This document shows positions 22,121-35,486 of a DNA stretch of 64,000 nucleotides, piece after piece. The translations under genes were made by a program, and so were the position numbers. Position 1 is the stretch's first letter. Every line of letters begins with the position of its first letter. Below the pieces are notes generated by a model, which had not been told where the DNA came from, made no database searches, and was given only the letters and a program-made list of their open reading frames with translations. The DNA lies in NCBI GenBank assembly GCA_965200965.1, contig OZ241744.1, positions 3,417,222-3,481,221 of the forward strand. The letters are read 5' to 3'. The DNA comes from an uncultured Candidatus Binatia bacterium (lineage in GTDB: Bacteria; Desulfobacterota; Binatia; Bin18).

Positions 22121-22136
22121 AGGAGGCACAGGAGAA

Positions 22137-22562
22137 ATGGCAAAGAAGGTGATGACTGAGGTCAAGTTGCAGATTCCTGCCGGACAGGCGACTCCCAGTC
22201 CGCCGGTTGGACCTGCGCTTGGGCAGCGGGGGGTCAATATCATGGAATTCTGCAAGGCGTTTAACGCCAAGACGCAGGCTCAACAGGGGCTGATCATTCC
22301 TGTTGTGATCACCGTCTATGCAGACCGTTCTTTTTCTTTTATTACCAAGACCCCCCCGGCTTCCGTCCTGATTAAGAAAGCGATGGGGATTGAAAAGGGT
22401 TCCCAGGAGCCGGCCAAGGATATTATCGGGTCAATCTCGCGTGCCCAGATAGAAGAGATCGCAAAGACAAAGATGCCCGATCTGAATGCCAGTGATATTG
22501 AGGGAGCCCGAAAAATCATTGAAGGAACAGCCCGGAGCATGGGCGTCAGCGTGGTGGACTGA
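22137..22562 (+). CDS. rplK: 50S ribosomal protein L11
   Basis: Translation reads [35 protein letters not shown]. The internal ATG at 22137 was chosen over the extended ORF. Confidence 0.95.
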   Translation: MAKKVMTEVKLQIPAGQATPSPPVGPALGQRGVNIMEFCKAFNAKTQAQQGLIIPVVITVYADRSFSFITKTPPASVLIKKAMGIEKGSQEPAKDIIGSISRAQIEEIAKTKMPDLNASDIEGARKIIEGTARSMGVSVVD

Positions 22563-22563
22563 T

Positions 22564-23265
22564 ATGGCAAAGAAAAGTAAAGGATACCGGGCCGCGGTCG
22601 AGAAAGTTGATCGTGAACAACGCTACCCTTTGGCGCAAGCCGTCGGCATGGTCAAGGGAACCGCCCGGGCGAAATTTGACGAAACGGTGGAGATTGCGGT
22701 CCGGCTTGGGGTTGACCCGCGCAAGGCCGATCAAAACGTGCGGGGCACGGTGGTGTTGCCGCACGGAACAGGAAAATCCGTTCGGGTGGCCGTCTTTGCC
22801 AAAGGCGACAAAGCCCGCGAGGCCGAAGAGGCGGGTGCCGATGTCGTTGGAGCCGAGGAGTTGGTGGCGCGGATTACCGACGAAGGCTGGCTTGAGTTTG
22901 ACAAGGCGGTGGCTACGCCAGACCTGATGGGTGTGGTTGGCCGGATTGGAAAAATCCTCGGACCCCGGGGCTTGATGCCCAACCCCAAAGTCGGGACGGT
23001 GACTACGGATGTTGCTCAGACCGTTCGTGATCTCAAGGGCGGAAAGGTTGAGTATCGGGTCGATAAAGTTGGCAATGTCCATATCCCGGTCGGAAAAGCG
23101 TCGTTCAGCGAACAACAACTGCTTGAAAATGCCAGTTCGCTGATTGAGGGTTTAGTTCGGGCCAAGCCGGCTTCTGCACGGGGGACCTACCTCCAAGGCG
23201 TGTGCCTCAGTACCACCATGGGGCCTGGTGTGCGGGTGGAGCCATCAACGGTCCAGCGTGGCTAG
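22564..23265 (+). CDS. rplA: 50S ribosomal protein L1
   Basis: Starts [16 protein letters not shown]. Also contains [24 protein letters not shown]. Confidence 0.95.
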   Translation: MAKKSKGYRAAVEKVDREQRYPLAQAVGMVKGTARAKFDETVEIAVRLGVDPRKADQNVRGTVVLPHGTGKSVRVAVFAKGDKAREAEEAGADVVGAEELVARITDEGWLEFDKAVATPDLMGVVGRIGKILGPRGLMPNPKVGTVTTDVAQTVRDLKGGKVEYRVDKVGNVHIPVGKASFSEQQLLENASSLIEGLVRAKPASARGTYLQGVCLSTTMGPGVRVEPSTVQRG

Positions 23266-23315
23266 CCGTATTCCTCAGACCGGCAGGGCACCGACACAAG
23301 GGGAGGGCGAGCATT

Positions 23316-23873
23316 ATGGAGCGTTACGAGAAAGAGCAAGCTGTTGCCGACTTACACGGGGTCTTTCAGAATGTCCACACCGCGGTGATCGCTGAATACA
23401 AGGGCCTCAGCGTTGCCGACTTACACGCGCTGCGATGCGAGTTGAGAGAGGTCGGAGGCGAGTACCGGGTCGCAAAAAATACCCTGGTCTCCTTAGCGGT
23501 TGAAGGAACTCCGTATCTCTCACTCAGAGAGTTGCTCACAGGCCAAAATGGTCTGGTGCTCGGCTACGGTGAGGCTGTTGACTTGGCCAGAGCCGTGACG
23601 CGCTACGCCAAAGACCATCAGAAGTTTACCGTCAAAGGCGGGGTCACTGAAGGGCAGTTCCTGGACGCCCCCCAGGTTGAGGCGCTGGCCAGTTTGCCGA
23701 GCCGGGACGTATTGCGGGCGCAACTGCTCGGCGTGCTGTCTCAGACCGCCACGCAACTGGTGGGCGTGCTTGCCGCTCCCGCCTCGCAGCTGGCCCGTGT
23801 CCTTGATGCAAGGAGGGCAGAGGGCGACGCTCAAGCCACACCCCCGGCGTCAGCGAATGGAGCGGACGCCTGA
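23316..23873 (+). CDS. rplJ: 50S ribosomal protein L10
   Basis: Translation MERYEKEQAVADLHGVFQNVHTAVIAEYKGLSVADLHALR is typical of L10. It precedes rplL. Confidence 0.92.
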   Translation: MERYEKEQAVADLHGVFQNVHTAVIAEYKGLSVADLHALRCELREVGGEYRVAKNTLVSLAVEGTPYLSLRELLTGQNGLVLGYGEAVDLARAVTRYAKDHQKFTVKGGVTEGQFLDAPQVEALASLPSRDVLRAQLLGVLSQTATQLVGVLAAPASQLARVLDARRAEGDAQATPPASANGADA

Positions 23874-23906
23874 GGGTGATACAGACAACGGAGAAAGGAG
23901 AAACGC

Positions 23907-24299
23907 ATGGCTCTCAGCGCCGAAAAGATGGAAGAGCTTGTCTCAACCCTGTCTGATTTGACCATTCTCGAGGTCTCGGATTTGGTCAAACATCTGGAGG
24001 AAAAATGGGGGGTGAGTGCAGCCGCCCCGGTTGTTGTGGCGGGTGGTAGTGCGCCGGCTGGCGATGCGCCGGCCGAGGCTGAAGAGAAGGACGAGTTTGA
24101 TGTTGTTCTGACCGGCCCTGGCGAAAAGAAGATCCAGGTTATCAAAGCCGTCCGGGAAATCACCGGTCTCGGGCTGAAAGAGGCCAAAGAACTGGTTGAT
24201 AACGCGCCCAAGCCGATCAAGGAAGGGATTACAAAGGCCGAAGCCGAAGAACTCCAGAAAAAGCTTGAAGAAGCCGGGGGATTGGTGGAACTGACATAA
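23907..24299 (+). CDS. rplL: 50S ribosomal protein L7/L12
   Basis: 130 aa, with [24 protein letters not shown]. Confidence 0.96.
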   Translation: MALSAEKMEELVSTLSDLTILEVSDLVKHLEEKWGVSAAAPVVVAGGSAPAGDAPAEAEEKDEFDVVLTGPGEKKIQVIKAVREITGLGLKEAKELVDNAPKPIKEGITKAEAEELQKKLEEAGGLVELT

Positions 24300-24329
24300 G
24301 GGCGTCTGCGCCAAAGGAGAAAAGGGGAG

Positions 24330-27300
24330 ATGACCTTGCAGCTGGCAGATAATTTCCGCTTCCGCCGGAAGTTCGGCCAAATCGGCGAAATCACCCAGAT
24401 TCCACACCTGCTGGAGATCCAACGGCTCTCGTATGAGAAATTCCTCCAGGGGGAGCCAGGCCCGGAAGAACGGATGGAATCCGGGCTTCACGGGGTCTTT
24501 CGCTCGGTTTTTCCGATCAAGGATTTCAATGAAACCGCTTCTCTGGAGTTTGTGAGTTATACGCTTGGAGAGCCAAACTACACGGTGGAGGAATGCCATC
24601 AGCGCGGGATGACCTATGCCGCCCCCCTGAAAGTGACCATCCAACTTGTTCTTTGGGATGTTGATCCGCGGACAGAAGCCCGCACGATCAAAAATGTCAA
24701 GGAGCAGGAAGTCTATTTTGGCGAGATCCCGCTGATGGCCTCGTATGGCACGTTCATGGTGAATGGGACCGAGCGGGTTATTGTGAGCCAGTTGCACCGC
24801 TCGCCCGGGGTCTTCTTCGATCACGATAAGGGCAAGACCCACCCCAGTGGAAAATTCCTCTATTCCGCCCGGATCATTCCGTCCCGGGGATCGTGGATTG
24901 ACTTTGAGTTTGACCCGAAAGACATCCTGTATGTCCGTATTGACCGCCGCCGCAAGTTCCACGCAACGGTGTTGCTGCGGGCTTTGGGGATGACGGTCGA
25001 GGACCTGCTCACCTACTTTTATCCGACCGATACCATTACTGTTGAGGGCGGTCGTGCCACCAAAAAATTCCAGCCGCAGCTCCTGCTCGGTCTGCGCGCG
25101 ACCCACGATGTCCGACATCCGAAAACCCAGGAGGTGCTGGTCAAAGAAGGACGCCGGTTCACCCGTAACGCGATCAGACAGATGGAGGCCGCCGAGGTTG
25201 AGCAGATCCCGATTGGCCTTGGAGAGATTGCAGGCTCGGTCACAGCCCATGATGTGCTTGACCCGGAGACACAGGAAGTCCTGCTTGAGTGCAACCAGGA
25301 GTTGAGCCAGGACGACCTTGACCGCCTGATTGAGCGCAAGGTCTCGACCATAGAGACATTCTGTATTGACGAGTCCCCCATTGGTCCATCCCTGCGGAAG
25401 ACCTTGCTCCAGGACATCCAGGACAAAATTGTTTCTCCCGAAGAGGCCAAGAAGGAGATTTATCGTCGCCTCCGTCCCGGAGATCCGCCAGCGGCCGAGG
25501 CGGTAGGGGTTTTCTTTGAAAACCTGTTCTTCAACGCCGAGCGTTACGATCTGTCCAAGGTTGGCCGCCTCAAACTCAACTATAAACTCCAACGTGATAC
25601 TCCGCTCGATCTGGGGACCCTGCGCAAAGAGGATATCCTTGAGGTCGCACGGTATCTGTTTGAGTTAAAAAACGGCAACGGGGTCGTTGATGATATTGAC
25701 CATCTTGGCAACCGGCGGGTGCGGGCGGTCGGGGAGTTGGTTGAGAATCAGTTCCGGATTGGCCTGGTCCGCATGGAGCGGGCGGTCAAAGAGCGCATGA
25801 GCCTCCAGGATGTCGAGACCCTGATGCCCCAGGAACTGGTCAACTACAAGCCTGTGTCGGCCGCGCTGAAGGAATTTTTTGGATCGAGCCAGTTGTCGCA
25901 GTTCATGGACCAGACCAACCCCTTGTCTGAAGTGGCCCATAAGCGGCGTCTGTCGGCCCTCGGACCGGGCGGCTTGACCCGGGAGCGGGCCGGTTTTGAG
26001 GTCCGGGATGTGCATCCGACCCACTATGGACGGGTGTGTCCTATCGAGACACCCGAAGGGCCGAATGTCGGGCTTATTGCAAGCCTGTCAACCTACGCCC
26101 GGGTGAATGAATTCGGCTTTATTGAGACGCCGTACCGCAAAGTTGAGGATGGTCGGGTGACGCAGGATGTGCAGTATTTGTCTGCCCTTGAAGAAGAGAC
26201 GCAGACTATTGCCCCGGCCGACGCCCCAATTGACGAGGACGGGCGGTTTATCCCAGACCGCCAAGGCCAGGTTTCTTCCCGCCAGCGCGGCGAACCTGAG
26301 CAGGTCCAGCCTGATCAGGTCCAGTTGATGGACGTGTCTCCCACCCAGTTGGTGAGTGTTGCCGCGGCCCTGATTCCCTTTCTGGAACATGACGATGCGA
26401 ACCGCGCCCTGATGGGTTCGAACATGCAGCGCCAGGCAGTTCCCCTGCTGCGAACCGAAGCGCCGCTGGTTGGCACTGGGATGGAACAGGTCGTTGCCCG
26501 GGATTCCGGCGTGACGGTCGTCGCCCGCCGGAGCGGCTTTGTTGAAAGTGTCGATTCCAGACGTGTTGTGATTAAGGCGGATACGCCGCTCACTGCCGGC
26601 GATGCCACGGTCGATATCTACCCGCTCATCAAGTACCAGCGTTCCAATCAGAACACCTGTGTGAACCAGCGGCCGATCGTCAAAGTTGGCGACTCTATCA
26701 AGGCCGGCGATGTGATTGCCGATGGACCGGCCACCGACATGGGGGAGTTGGCCCTGGGCAGGAATGTCCTGGTCGCGTTCATGATCTGGGAGGGCTACAA
26801 TTTTGAAGACTCCATCCTGGTCAGCGAGCGTATGTTACGCGAGGATGTGTTCACTTCGGTGCATATTGAAGAATTTGAATGCGTTGCCCGCGACACCAAA
26901 CTCGGTCCAGAAGAGATCACCCAGGATATCCCGAATGTCGGTGAAGAAGCCCTCAAGGACCTTGACGGCAGCGGTATTGTCAGGATCGGCGCTGAGGTGA
27001 GGCCGGGCGACATTCTGGTCGGCAAGATCACACCCAAAGGCGAGACCCAGCTCTCTCCCGAAGAGAAGCTGCTCCGCGCCATCTTCGGCGAAAAAGCCGG
27101 AGAAGTCCGCGATACCTCGCTGCGTATCCCTCCCGGTGTTGAGGGCACGGTGATCAATGCGCGCGTCTTCTCTCGCAAGGGGGTGGAGAAAGATGAGCGG
27201 AGCCAGAGCATTGAGGACGAAGAGGTTGAGCGACTCCGCAGAGACCAGGAAGATGAAATCCGGATTGTCCAGGAGAGCACATTCGGAAAAGTCCGCGACC

Positions 27301-28448
27301 TGACGCTGGGCAAAGTTCTGACCGTTCGGATCCGCGACGAGGAGACCCGGAAGGTCCTGTTTCCCAAAGGCCACGAGATTAGCGAAGAGGTGCTGCGGGC
27401 CATTCCCCCCGCATACTGGGGCCGGCTCAGGCTTGGCGATGAGGCGATTGAGGACGAACTGAGCCAGAGCGTCGCCGCCATGCTGGAGCAGATTGGCCGG
27501 ATTCGTGAAGAGTCTGAGAAGAAGGTTGAGAAGCTCCGCGGTGGGGACGAGCTGGCACCCGGCGTCACCAGGATGGTGAAAGTCTTTGTCGCCATGAAAC
27601 GCAAACTCCAGGCCGGCGATAAGGTGGCTGGGAGACACGGCAACAAAGGCGTACTGTCCCGGATTGTGCCCGAAGAAGATATGCCGTATCTGGCCGACGG
27701 GACCCCGGTTGATGTCGTCCTCAACCCGCTGGGCATGCCCTCACGGATGAATCTCGGGCAGATTCTTGAGACCCATCTCGGCTGGGCCGTGCGGGGCCTC
27801 GGCGAGCAGATGGGCAACAGCCAGCCGACGCAGTGCAAAGACCGCCGTGCCCGACTCCAGGATGTCTATGACAACAAAGACCTTGTTGACACAATTCAAG
27901 CCTTGCCGGCGTCTGATCTGAACCGCCTGATTGAGCGCGCCCAGACCGGGGTGCATGTGGCAACGCCCGTGTTCGACGGTGCTCCGGAAAAAGAAATTTC
28001 TGACCTGCTGCAAAAGGCCGGCTTGCCCGAATCTGGACAAACCGTGCTCTATGACGGGCGAACCGGCGAGCGTTTCGATGGAGATATAACGGTTGGGGTG
28101 ATGTACATCCTGAAGCTCCACCATCTTGTTGAGGACAAAATCCACGCCCGCTCTACCGGCCCCTATTCGCTGGTGACCCAGCAGCCCTTGGGCGGCAAGG
28201 CCCAGTTTGGCGGACAGCGGCTGGGAGAGATGGAAGTGTGGGCTCTTGAAGCCTATGGTGCGGCCTATAGTCTGCAAGAAATGCTGACGGTCAAGTCGGA
28301 CGATGTGGCCGGTCGGACCCGTATCTATGAGGCGATTGTGAAAGGAGACAATGTACTGGAACCAGGGCTTCCCGAATCGTTCAATGTCATGGTCCGAGAA
28401 CTGCAAAGCTTAGCGCTCAACGTCGAACTGCTTGAGGACGACGAATAG
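24330..28448 (+). CDS. rpoB: DNA-directed RNA polymerase subunit beta
   Basis: 1372 aa. Motifs read: [28 protein letters not shown] and [17 protein letters not shown]. Confidence 0.97.
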   Translation: MTLQLADNFRFRRKFGQIGEITQIPHLLEIQRLSYEKFLQGEPGPEERMESGLHGVFRSVFPIKDFNETASLEFVSYTLGEPNYTVEECHQRGMTYAAPLKVTIQLVLWDVDPRTEARTIKNVKEQEVYFGEIPLMASYGTFMVNGTERVIVSQLHRSPGVFFDHDKGKTHPSGKFLYSARIIPSRGSWIDFEFDPKDILYVRIDRRRKFHATVLLRALGMTVEDLLTYFYPTDTITVEGGRATKKFQPQLLLGLRATHDVRHPKTQEVLVKEGRRFTRNAIRQMEAAEVEQIPIGLGEIAGSVTAHDVLDPETQEVLLECNQELSQDDLDRLIERKVSTIETFCIDESPIGPSLRKTLLQDIQDKIVSPEEAKKEIYRRLRPGDPPAAEAVGVFFENLFFNAERYDLSKVGRLKLNYKLQRDTPLDLGTLRKEDILEVARYLFELKNGNGVVDDIDHLGNRRVRAVGELVENQFRIGLVRMERAVKERMSLQDVETLMPQELVNYKPVSAALKEFFGSSQLSQFMDQTNPLSEVAHKRRLSALGPGGLTRERAGFEVRDVHPTHYGRVCPIETPEGPNVGLIASLSTYARVNEFGFIETPYRKVEDGRVTQDVQYLSALEEETQTIAPADAPIDEDGRFIPDRQGQVSSRQRGEPEQVQPDQVQLMDVSPTQLVSVAAALIPFLEHDDANRALMGSNMQRQAVPLLRTEAPLVGTGMEQVVARDSGVTVVARRSGFVESVDSRRVVIKADTPLTAGDATVDIYPLIKYQRSNQNTCVNQRPIVKVGDSIKAGDVIADGPATDMGELALGRNVLVAFMIWEGYNFEDSILVSERMLREDVFTSVHIEEFECVARDTKLGPEEITQDIPNVGEEALKDLDGSGIVRIGAEVRPGDILVGKITPKGETQLSPEEKLLRAIFGEKAGEVRDTSLRIPPGVEGTVINARVFSRKGVEKDERSQSIEDEEVERLRRDQEDEIRIVQESTFGKVRDLTLGKVLTVRIRDEETRKVLFPKGHEISEEVLRAIPPAYWGRLRLGDEAIEDELSQSVAAMLEQIGRIREESEKKVEKLRGGDELAPGVTRMVKVFVAMKRKLQAGDKVAGRHGNKGVLSRIVPEEDMPYLADGTPVDVVLNPLGMPSRMNLGQILETHLGWAVRGLGEQMGNSQPTQCKDRRARLQDVYDNKDLVDTIQALPASDLNRLIERAQTGVHVATPVFDGAPEKEISDLLQKAGLPESGQTVLYDGRTGERFDGDITVGVMYILKLHHLVEDKIHARSTGPYSLVTQQPLGGKAQFGGQRLGEMEVWALEAYGAAYSLQEMLTVKSDDVAGRTRIYEAIVKGDNVLEPGLPESFNVMVRELQSLALNVELLEDDE

Positions 28449-28467
28449 AGTACGCTGGGGGGGAAAG

Positions 28468-31400
28468 ATGGAAGATCTTCTTGGCCTTTTTGAGAAGCCT
28501 CAGAATCCGGTCCGTTTTAATGCTATCCGGGTCGCGCTGGCCCCTCCCGATATGGTTCGTTCCTGGTCGCACGGAGAGGTCAAGAAGCCTGAAACCATCA
28601 ACTACCGCACATTCAAGCCCGAGCGCGACGGCCTGTTCTGCGCCAAAATTTTTGGTCCGACCAAAGATTACGAGTGTAACTGCGGCAAGTACAAACGGAT
28701 GCGTCACCGTGGGGTCGTGTGTGAAAAGTGTGGTGTTGAGGTGATTCAGTCCAAAGTACGCCGGGAGCGGATGGGGCATATCCCCCTGGCCAGCCCTGTC
28801 ACCCATATCTGGTTCCTCAAAAGCCTGCCGAGCCGGATTGGCACCCTGCTGGATATGACGCTCAAGGATCTTGAACGGGTCCTGTATTTTGAGTCGTATA
28901 TTGTGACCGACCCGCTCCAGACGCCGCTGAGCAAGAAACAGGTCCTGTCCGAAACCCGCTACCGGACACTGCTTGAGGAGTTCGGTTCTGGCAGTTTTCA
29001 GGCTGGAATGGGAGCCGAGGCGATCCGGCTGTTGTTACAGGAGTTGAATCTGGAAAAACTGGCCGAAGAGTTGCGCGCCGAGCTGATGGAAACGGGGAGC
29101 GAGGCGCGCCGCAAAAAGATCACCAAACGCCTCAAGGTCATCAACGCGTTTCGGCACTCCGGCAATCTGCCCGAATGGATGATCCTGGAAGTGGTTCCGG
29201 TCATTCCTCCCGACCTCCGCCCCCTCGTGCCTCTGGACGGCGGGCGCTTTGCCACCTCCGACCTGAATGATCTGTATCGGCGGGTGATCAACCGCAATAA
29301 CCGCCTCAAACGCCTGATTGAGTTGAGCGCGCCCGACATCATTGTTCGCAATGAAAAGCGGATGCTCCAAGAGGCAGTTGATGCCTTGTTTGACAATGGC
29401 CGGCGCGGGAAGCCCTTGACCGGGCCCAGTAAACGGCCGCTCAAGTCCCTGTCCGATATGCTCAAAGGCAAAGGCGGACGTTTTCGGCAGAACCTGCTCG
29501 GCAAACGGGTGGACTATTCGGGCCGGTCCGTCATTGTGATCGGTCCCGAGTTGCGCCTGCATCAGTGCGGGTTGCCCAAGCATATGGCCTTGGAACTGTT
29601 CAAGCCCTTTATCTACAACAAGCTCGAAGAACGGGGCTATACTACGACCATCAAGAGCGCCAAAAAGATGCTGGAACAAGAGCGCCCGGAAGTCTGGGAT
29701 ATCCTGGACGAGGTTATCAAGGAGCATCCGGTTCTGCTCAACCGTGCCCCAACCCTGCACCGGCTGGGCATCCAGGCGTTTGAGCCCGTCCTGATTGAGG
29801 GCAAGGCAATTCAACTCCATCCCCTGGTCTGCACGGCCTATAACGCCGATTTTGACGGCGACCAGATGGCGGTTCATGTGCCCCTCTCGGTCGAAGCCCA
29901 GGTCGAAGCCCGTACCCTGATGATGTCAACCAATAACATCCTGTCACCCACCCACGGCAGGGCGGTTATCGCCCCGACCCAGGATATTGTGATGGGCCTG
30001 TATACCATGACCCGTGAGCGGCCCGGGGCAAAAGGTGAGGGGAAAATCTTCAGCGGTCCAGACGAAGTTCGTATTGCCTACGATCAGGGTCAGGTCGCAC
30101 TCCAGGCTCAGATCAGGGTCCGCATGGACGGACAACTGGTCGAGACAACGGTCGGGCGGATCGTGCTGTATGATATCGTGCCGCCTGAGATTCCGTTTTC
30201 TGAAGTCAACCGGACGATGAAGAAAAAGGAGTTGGGCAGCCTGCTGGACAGCGCCTTTCGCAAAGCCGACAACAAAGCCACCGTCATTTTTGCCGATCGT
30301 CTGAAGGATATGGGCTTTGAGTACGCAACCAAAGCCGGAATCTCATTCGATATTCGAGACATGGTGATCCCCAAGAAAAAAGAGGAACTGCTCAACACCG
30401 CCCAGGCGGATATCCAGGAGATCCAGGAGCAGTACTACAAGGGGCTTATCACCGATGGCGAGCGTCATAACAAAGTCGTTGATACCTGGGTCACGGTCAC
30501 CGATGAGGTGGCCGATAAAATGCGCATCGGTTTTCGGGAGGATCGTCAGGGATTCAACCCTGTCTTCATGATGGCTGACTCGGGGGCGCGGGGTAGCACC
30601 CAGCAGATGCGCCAACTGGCCGGGATGCGCGGGCTGATGGCAAAGCCATCCGGCGAGATCATTGAAACGCCGATCACTGCCAACTTCACAGAGGGACTGT
30701 CTGTCTTGCAATACTTCATTTCAACCCACGGGGCACGCAAGGGTCTTGCCGACACCGCCCTGAAAACAGCCAACTCGGGCTATCTGACCCGCCGTCTGGT
30801 TGATGTGGCCCAAGACTGCATCATCAGCGAACACGACTGCGGCACAATTGACGGCATTGAGATGGGCCCGCTGGTTGAAGGCGGAGAAATCATTGAGGGG
30901 CTGGGCGAGCGCGTCCTCGGCCGGGTTGCCCTTGATGATATCCGCGATTCGTTCTCCAACGAAGTCTTCGTTCCGGCCAACGAAGAGATTGACGAGGAGC
31001 GGGTGCAGCGGATTGAAGACACCGGTATTGAAAAGCTCTCGATTCGCTCGGCTTTGACGTGTCAGAGCCGACGCGGGGTGTGCATCAAGTGCTATGGGCG
31101 TGACTTGGCGCGTGGGCGTATGGTCAACATCGGTGAAGCGGTTGGCATCATGGCGGCCCAGTCAATTGGCGAGCCCGGCACCCAGCTTACGATGCGGACC
31201 TTCCACATCGGTGGAGCGGCCAGTGACGAGGCAAAAATAGCGGACCGGTCCACCCGCAACGGGGGGACGCTGCGCTATATTGCTCTCAAGACGGTCAGCA
31301 ACCGTGAGGGCGATCAGGTCGTCACGAATCGGAACGGTAAGGTCGCTATTGTGGACAGTTCATCAGGTCAGGATCGGGAGTTGGAGCGTCATTCGATTGA

Positions 31401-33153
31401 GTACGGGGCGAAGCTCAAGAAAAAGGACGGGTCCACAGTCGAACCGAAGGAACTGATTGCGGAGTGGAACCCCTACATGGTTCCTATCCTGACCGAGGTC
31501 GCCGGCACGATCAAATTCGTTGACATCAGTGAAGGCATTAATATGGAGGAGAAGGTTGATGAGGCTGGTTTATCGACCCGGGTCATCATCCCAATTCAGA
31601 CTGATTCGTTGGCTGAGAAGATACACTCTTGTACCGAGGAGATAACCAAACTGGAGGAGGAGCAACATCCAGAGGAGATTCGTAAGAAGTACACAGGGAG
31701 GATAAGAAGTCAGAAAACCAAGAGGGCTGCTCTGCAGGACGAGTTGAAGCAGATGCAAAAACCCAAGCCTCCTGATGTTGAGTGGTTTTTCGGGCTTCAG
31801 ATACACTCTTGTACCGAGGAGATAACCAAACTGGAGGAGGAGCAACATCCAGAGGAGATTCGTAAGGCGTACACACGGAGGATAGAAAGCAAGAGGGCTA
31901 CTCTGAAGGGCGAGTTGGAGCGGATTCGTAAGGCGTACACACGGAGGATAGAAAGCAAGAGAGCTACTCTGCGCGAACGGGAGGACGAGTTGGAGCAGAT
32001 GCAAAAACTCAAGCCTCCTGATATTGAGTGGTTTTTCGGGCTTCAAATGCTTGAGGAGATACGCTCTTGTACCGAGGAGATAACCAAACTGGAGGAGGAG
32101 CAACAGGAGGAGATTCGTAAGGCGTACACACGGAGGATAGAAAGCAAGAGAGCTACTCTGCGCGAACGGGAGGACGAGTTGGAGCAGATGCAAAAACTCA
32201 AGCCTCGCATCTTGATCAAGGACGATAAGGGGAAAACAGCCAAGCTGCCCAGCGGTCCTGATGCGGTCTATACGCTTTCTGCTGGTACCCGTGTTGACGT
32301 GGTTGAGGGCCAGCAGGTTGAAGCGGGTGACGTGCTGGCCAGGATTCCTCGAACCACTTCACGCAAGACGAAAGATATTACGGGCGGTCTGCCTCGAGTG
32401 GCAGATCTGTTTGAAGCCCGAAAACCCAAGGAATTTGCCGTCATCAGCGAAATTGATGGCATGGTGTCTTTTGGCAAGGATACCAAAGGCAAGCAGAAGG
32501 TTGTCATCACGCCGGATGTGGGAGATCCGCGTGACTATCTTATCCCGCGTGGAAAACATATCAGTGTCCGCGAGGGTGATTATGTCCGGGCCGGCGACCC
32601 CCTGATGGACGGCTCGCCCAATCCGCACGACATCCTTGGCGTGCTCGGAGAAAAGGAACTCGCCAAGCGGTTGGTTGATGACGTGCAGGAGATTTATCGC
32701 TTGCAGGGTGTCCATATGCACGACAAGCATATTGAGGTCATCATTCGCCAGATGATGCGCCGGGTGGCTGTCACCCAGGTCGGCGATTCTGATTTTCTGC
32801 TTGGCGAGCAGGTCGAAAAATGGCGATTCCAGGAGGAGGTCGAAAAGGTCCTGGCCGAGCAAGGTCAACCGCCCGAGGCGAAATCACTCCTCATGGGTAT
32901 CACCAAGGCCAGTCTATCGACCGACAGCTTTATTTCCGCGGCTTCATTCCAGGAAACGACCAAGGTGCTGACCGAAGCCGCCATCAATGGGAAGGTCGAT
33001 ATGTTGTCGGGGCTCAAAGAAAACGTCATTATGGGCCGACTGATCCCAGCCGGGACCGGCAACCCCAGTTATACTGCAATTGAGGCCGAGACTGTCGAAG
33101 CGCCGGGTGATGAAGAACAGGGTCAACTGCCGCCGATAGTTGAGGCGTCGTAA
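28468..33153 (+). CDS. rpoC: DNA-directed RNA polymerase subunit beta-prime (1561 aa, with a repeat insertion of about 195 aa)
   Basis: Catalytic [12 protein letters not shown], zinc motif CNCGKY..CEKCG, and trigger-loop arms FHIGGAAS / [19 protein letters not shown]. The ATG at 28468 (MEDLLGLF) was chosen. Confidence 0.97.
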   Translation: MEDLLGLFEKPQNPVRFNAIRVALAPPDMVRSWSHGEVKKPETINYRTFKPERDGLFCAKIFGPTKDYECNCGKYKRMRHRGVVCEKCGVEVIQSKVRRERMGHIPLASPVTHIWFLKSLPSRIGTLLDMTLKDLERVLYFESYIVTDPLQTPLSKKQVLSETRYRTLLEEFGSGSFQAGMGAEAIRLLLQELNLEKLAEELRAELMETGSEARRKKITKRLKVINAFRHSGNLPEWMILEVVPVIPPDLRPLVPLDGGRFATSDLNDLYRRVINRNNRLKRLIELSAPDIIVRNEKRMLQEAVDALFDNGRRGKPLTGPSKRPLKSLSDMLKGKGGRFRQNLLGKRVDYSGRSVIVIGPELRLHQCGLPKHMALELFKPFIYNKLEERGYTTTIKSAKKMLEQERPEVWDILDEVIKEHPVLLNRAPTLHRLGIQAFEPVLIEGKAIQLHPLVCTAYNADFDGDQMAVHVPLSVEAQVEARTLMMSTNNILSPTHGRAVIAPTQDIVMGLYTMTRERPGAKGEGKIFSGPDEVRIAYDQGQVALQAQIRVRMDGQLVETTVGRIVLYDIVPPEIPFSEVNRTMKKKELGSLLDSAFRKADNKATVIFADRLKDMGFEYATKAGISFDIRDMVIPKKKEELLNTAQADIQEIQEQYYKGLITDGERHNKVVDTWVTVTDEVADKMRIGFREDRQGFNPVFMMADSGARGSTQQMRQLAGMRGLMAKPSGEIIETPITANFTEGLSVLQYFISTHGARKGLADTALKTANSGYLTRRLVDVAQDCIISEHDCGTIDGIEMGPLVEGGEIIEGLGERVLGRVALDDIRDSFSNEVFVPANEEIDEERVQRIEDTGIEKLSIRSALTCQSRRGVCIKCYGRDLARGRMVNIGEAVGIMAAQSIGEPGTQLTMRTFHIGGAASDEAKIADRSTRNGGTLRYIALKTVSNREGDQVVTNRNGKVAIVDSSSGQDRELERHSIEYGAKLKKKDGSTVEPKELIAEWNPYMVPILTEVAGTIKFVDISEGINMEEKVDEAGLSTRVIIPIQTDSLAEKIHSCTEEITKLEEEQHPEEIRKKYTGRIRSQKTKRAALQDELKQMQKPKPPDVEWFFGLQIHSCTEEITKLEEEQHPEEIRKAYTRRIESKRATLKGELERIRKAYTRRIESKRATLREREDELEQMQKLKPPDIEWFFGLQMLEEIRSCTEEITKLEEEQQEEIRKAYTRRIESKRATLREREDELEQMQKLKPRILIKDDKGKTAKLPSGPDAVYTLSAGTRVDVVEGQQVEAGDVLARIPRTTSRKTKDITGGLPRVADLFEARKPKEFAVISEIDGMVSFGKDTKGKQKVVITPDVGDPRDYLIPRGKHISVREGDYVRAGDPLMDGSPNPHDILGVLGEKELAKRLVDDVQEIYRLQGVHMHDKHIEVIIRQMMRRVAVTQVGDSDFLLGEQVEKWRFQEEVEKVLAEQGQPPEAKSLLMGITKASLSTDSFISAASFQETTKVLTEAAINGKVDMLSGLKENVIMGRLIPAGTGNPSYTAIEAETVEAPGDEEQGQLPPIVEAS
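31621..32206 (+). repeat. In-frame tandem repeat array inside rpoC (three imperfect units plus an internal 63-nt duplication)
   Basis: 31621-31686 matches 31801-31866 exactly (66 nt, period 180). 31924-32017 matches 32113-32206 exactly (94 nt, period 189). The encoded units read [22 protein letters not shown]...QMQK.KPPD.EWFFGLQ. Confidence 0.9.
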
Positions 33154-33164
33154 GTGGAGAAGAC

Positions 33165-33536
33165 ATGCCGACAATTCAGCAACTCGTCCGAAAAGGCCGG
33201 GAGCAGCAGCGCGAGAAGTTGACTGCGCCGGCCCTGCAAGCCTGTCCGCAACGCCGTGGGGTGTGTACGCGGGTATACACCACAACGCCCAAGAAGCCCA
33301 ACTCGGCTCTGAGAAAAGTGGCCCGGGTGCGGCTCACGAATGGGATTGAAGTCACGGCCTATATCCCAGGTATCGGACATAACCTCCAGGAACACTCCGT
33401 CGTCCTCATTCGCGGCGGACGGGTGAAGGACTTACCCGGGGTGCGTTACCATATCGTGCGCGGTACCCTCGATTCGATTGGAGTCCAGGAACGCAAACAG
33501 AGCCGCTCGAAATACGGAGCAAAGCGACCCAAATAG
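33165..33536 (+). CDS. rpsL: 30S ribosomal protein S12
   Basis: Translation reads [12 protein letters not shown]...[16 protein letters not shown]. Confidence 0.97.
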   Translation: MPTIQQLVRKGREQQREKLTAPALQACPQRRGVCTRVYTTTPKKPNSALRKVARVRLTNGIEVTAYIPGIGHNLQEHSVVLIRGGRVKDLPGVRYHIVRGTLDSIGVQERKQSRSKYGAKRPK

Positions 33537-33555
33537 GCCGCAAGAAGAGGGACCA

Positions 33556-34026
33556 ATGCCACGCAAAGGACCAGCCCCAAGGCGAGAAGTGCTTCCCGAC
33601 CCCAAATATCACGATACGGCGGTGTCAAAATTCGTGAATATGATGATGCAGAACGGCGCAAAAGGGGTGGCTGAAAAAATTCTGTACAGCGCAATGGAAC
33701 TAAGCGGAACGCGGAGTGGTGAAGACGCACTCGAAATCTTCAAACGGGCTTTAGAAAACGTGAAGCCCATTGTGGAGGTTCGCTCGCGTCGAGTAGGCGG
33801 CGCAACCTACCAAGTGCCTGTTGAGGTCCGTCAAGTGCGGCGCAACTCTCTGGCCATGCGCTGGCTCGTCCAGTCCGCGCGCAGCAGACCCGAGAAAGGG
33901 ATGAAAGAGAAGCTCGCCGCAGAGTTGTATGAAGCCTCACAGAACAGGGGTGGGGCGGTGAAAAGGCGAGAAGATACGCATCGGATGGCAGAGGCAAATA
34001 GGGCGTTTGTCCACTATCGGTGGTAA
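33556..34026 (+). CDS. rpsG: 30S ribosomal protein S7
   Basis: Starts [20 protein letters not shown] and ends [10 protein letters not shown]. The internal ATG at 33556 was chosen. Confidence 0.96.
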   Translation: MPRKGPAPRREVLPDPKYHDTAVSKFVNMMMQNGAKGVAEKILYSAMELSGTRSGEDALEIFKRALENVKPIVEVRSRRVGGATYQVPVEVRQVRRNSLAMRWLVQSARSRPEKGMKEKLAAELYEASQNRGGAVKRREDTHRMAEANRAFVHYRW

Positions 34027-34074
34027 AGATGGGCACGGGCGGGCTCTTTCCAGTCGGTATGGGGTACAGGCTAG

Positions 34075-34102
34075 TTGACTCTTGTGAAATAGTCCGTACA
34101 AT
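34075..34102 (+). promoter_or_regulatory. Putative strong sigma70-type promoter (TTGACT-16 nt-TACAAT) in the rpsG-tuf spacer
   Basis: Both hexamers are near consensus and were read directly. It lies about 145 nt upstream of the tuf copy-2 ATG. Confidence 0.4.
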
Positions 34103-34197
34103 TGCCATCCCTTGAGCGGAGCGTTGGGAAGAGAGCAGGGGACAGGAAACGGCCGCTGAGCGAAGAGAATCCGACCTCTGTCACAGGGATTCCTCCC

Positions 34198-35431
<1,234 letters not shown>

Positions 35432-35486
35432 CAGGAGCCTGCACTCGGCTGAGATCTTTCTTGCTAGAAACAATGGGGCCGTTTGC

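Noticed and set aside
22086-22136. 5'-extended versions of many ribosomal and other ORFs in the track. Examples: rplK from 22086, rplA from 22486, rplJ from 23202, rpoC from 28432, rpsG from 33478, rpmC from 39858, rpsH from 41467, rplF from 41846, rplR from 42318, rpsE from 42796, rplQ from 49938, crotonase from 55423, nuoG from 58506.
   Set aside because: The extensions overlap the preceding gene and have non-homologous sequence. Internal starts reproduce the canonical N-termini, and several are preceded by SD-like sequences.
23943-25592. Long antisense ORFs opposite conserved genes: 549 aa opposite rpoB here, plus 56891-58645 (584 aa, opposite nuoF), 40081-41454 (457 aa), 38396-39493 (365 aa), 26795-27838 (347 aa), 9327-10298 (323 aa) and 50755-51735 (326 aa).
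   Set aside because: Each lies fully inside or across strongly recognisable plus-strand genes. Their translations are Arg/Pro/Gly-rich, low-complexity, and have no recognisable motifs. That is the usual stop-poor antisense frame of GC-rich coding DNA.
31606-32206. Whether the rpoC repeat block could be a CRISPR array, an intein or a mobile element.
   Set aside because: It is in frame, with periods that are multiples of three, and has no unique spacers between constant repeats. It has no intein splice-junction residues or endonuclease motifs, and no transposase or terminal inverted repeats. It reads as a coding tandem repeat.
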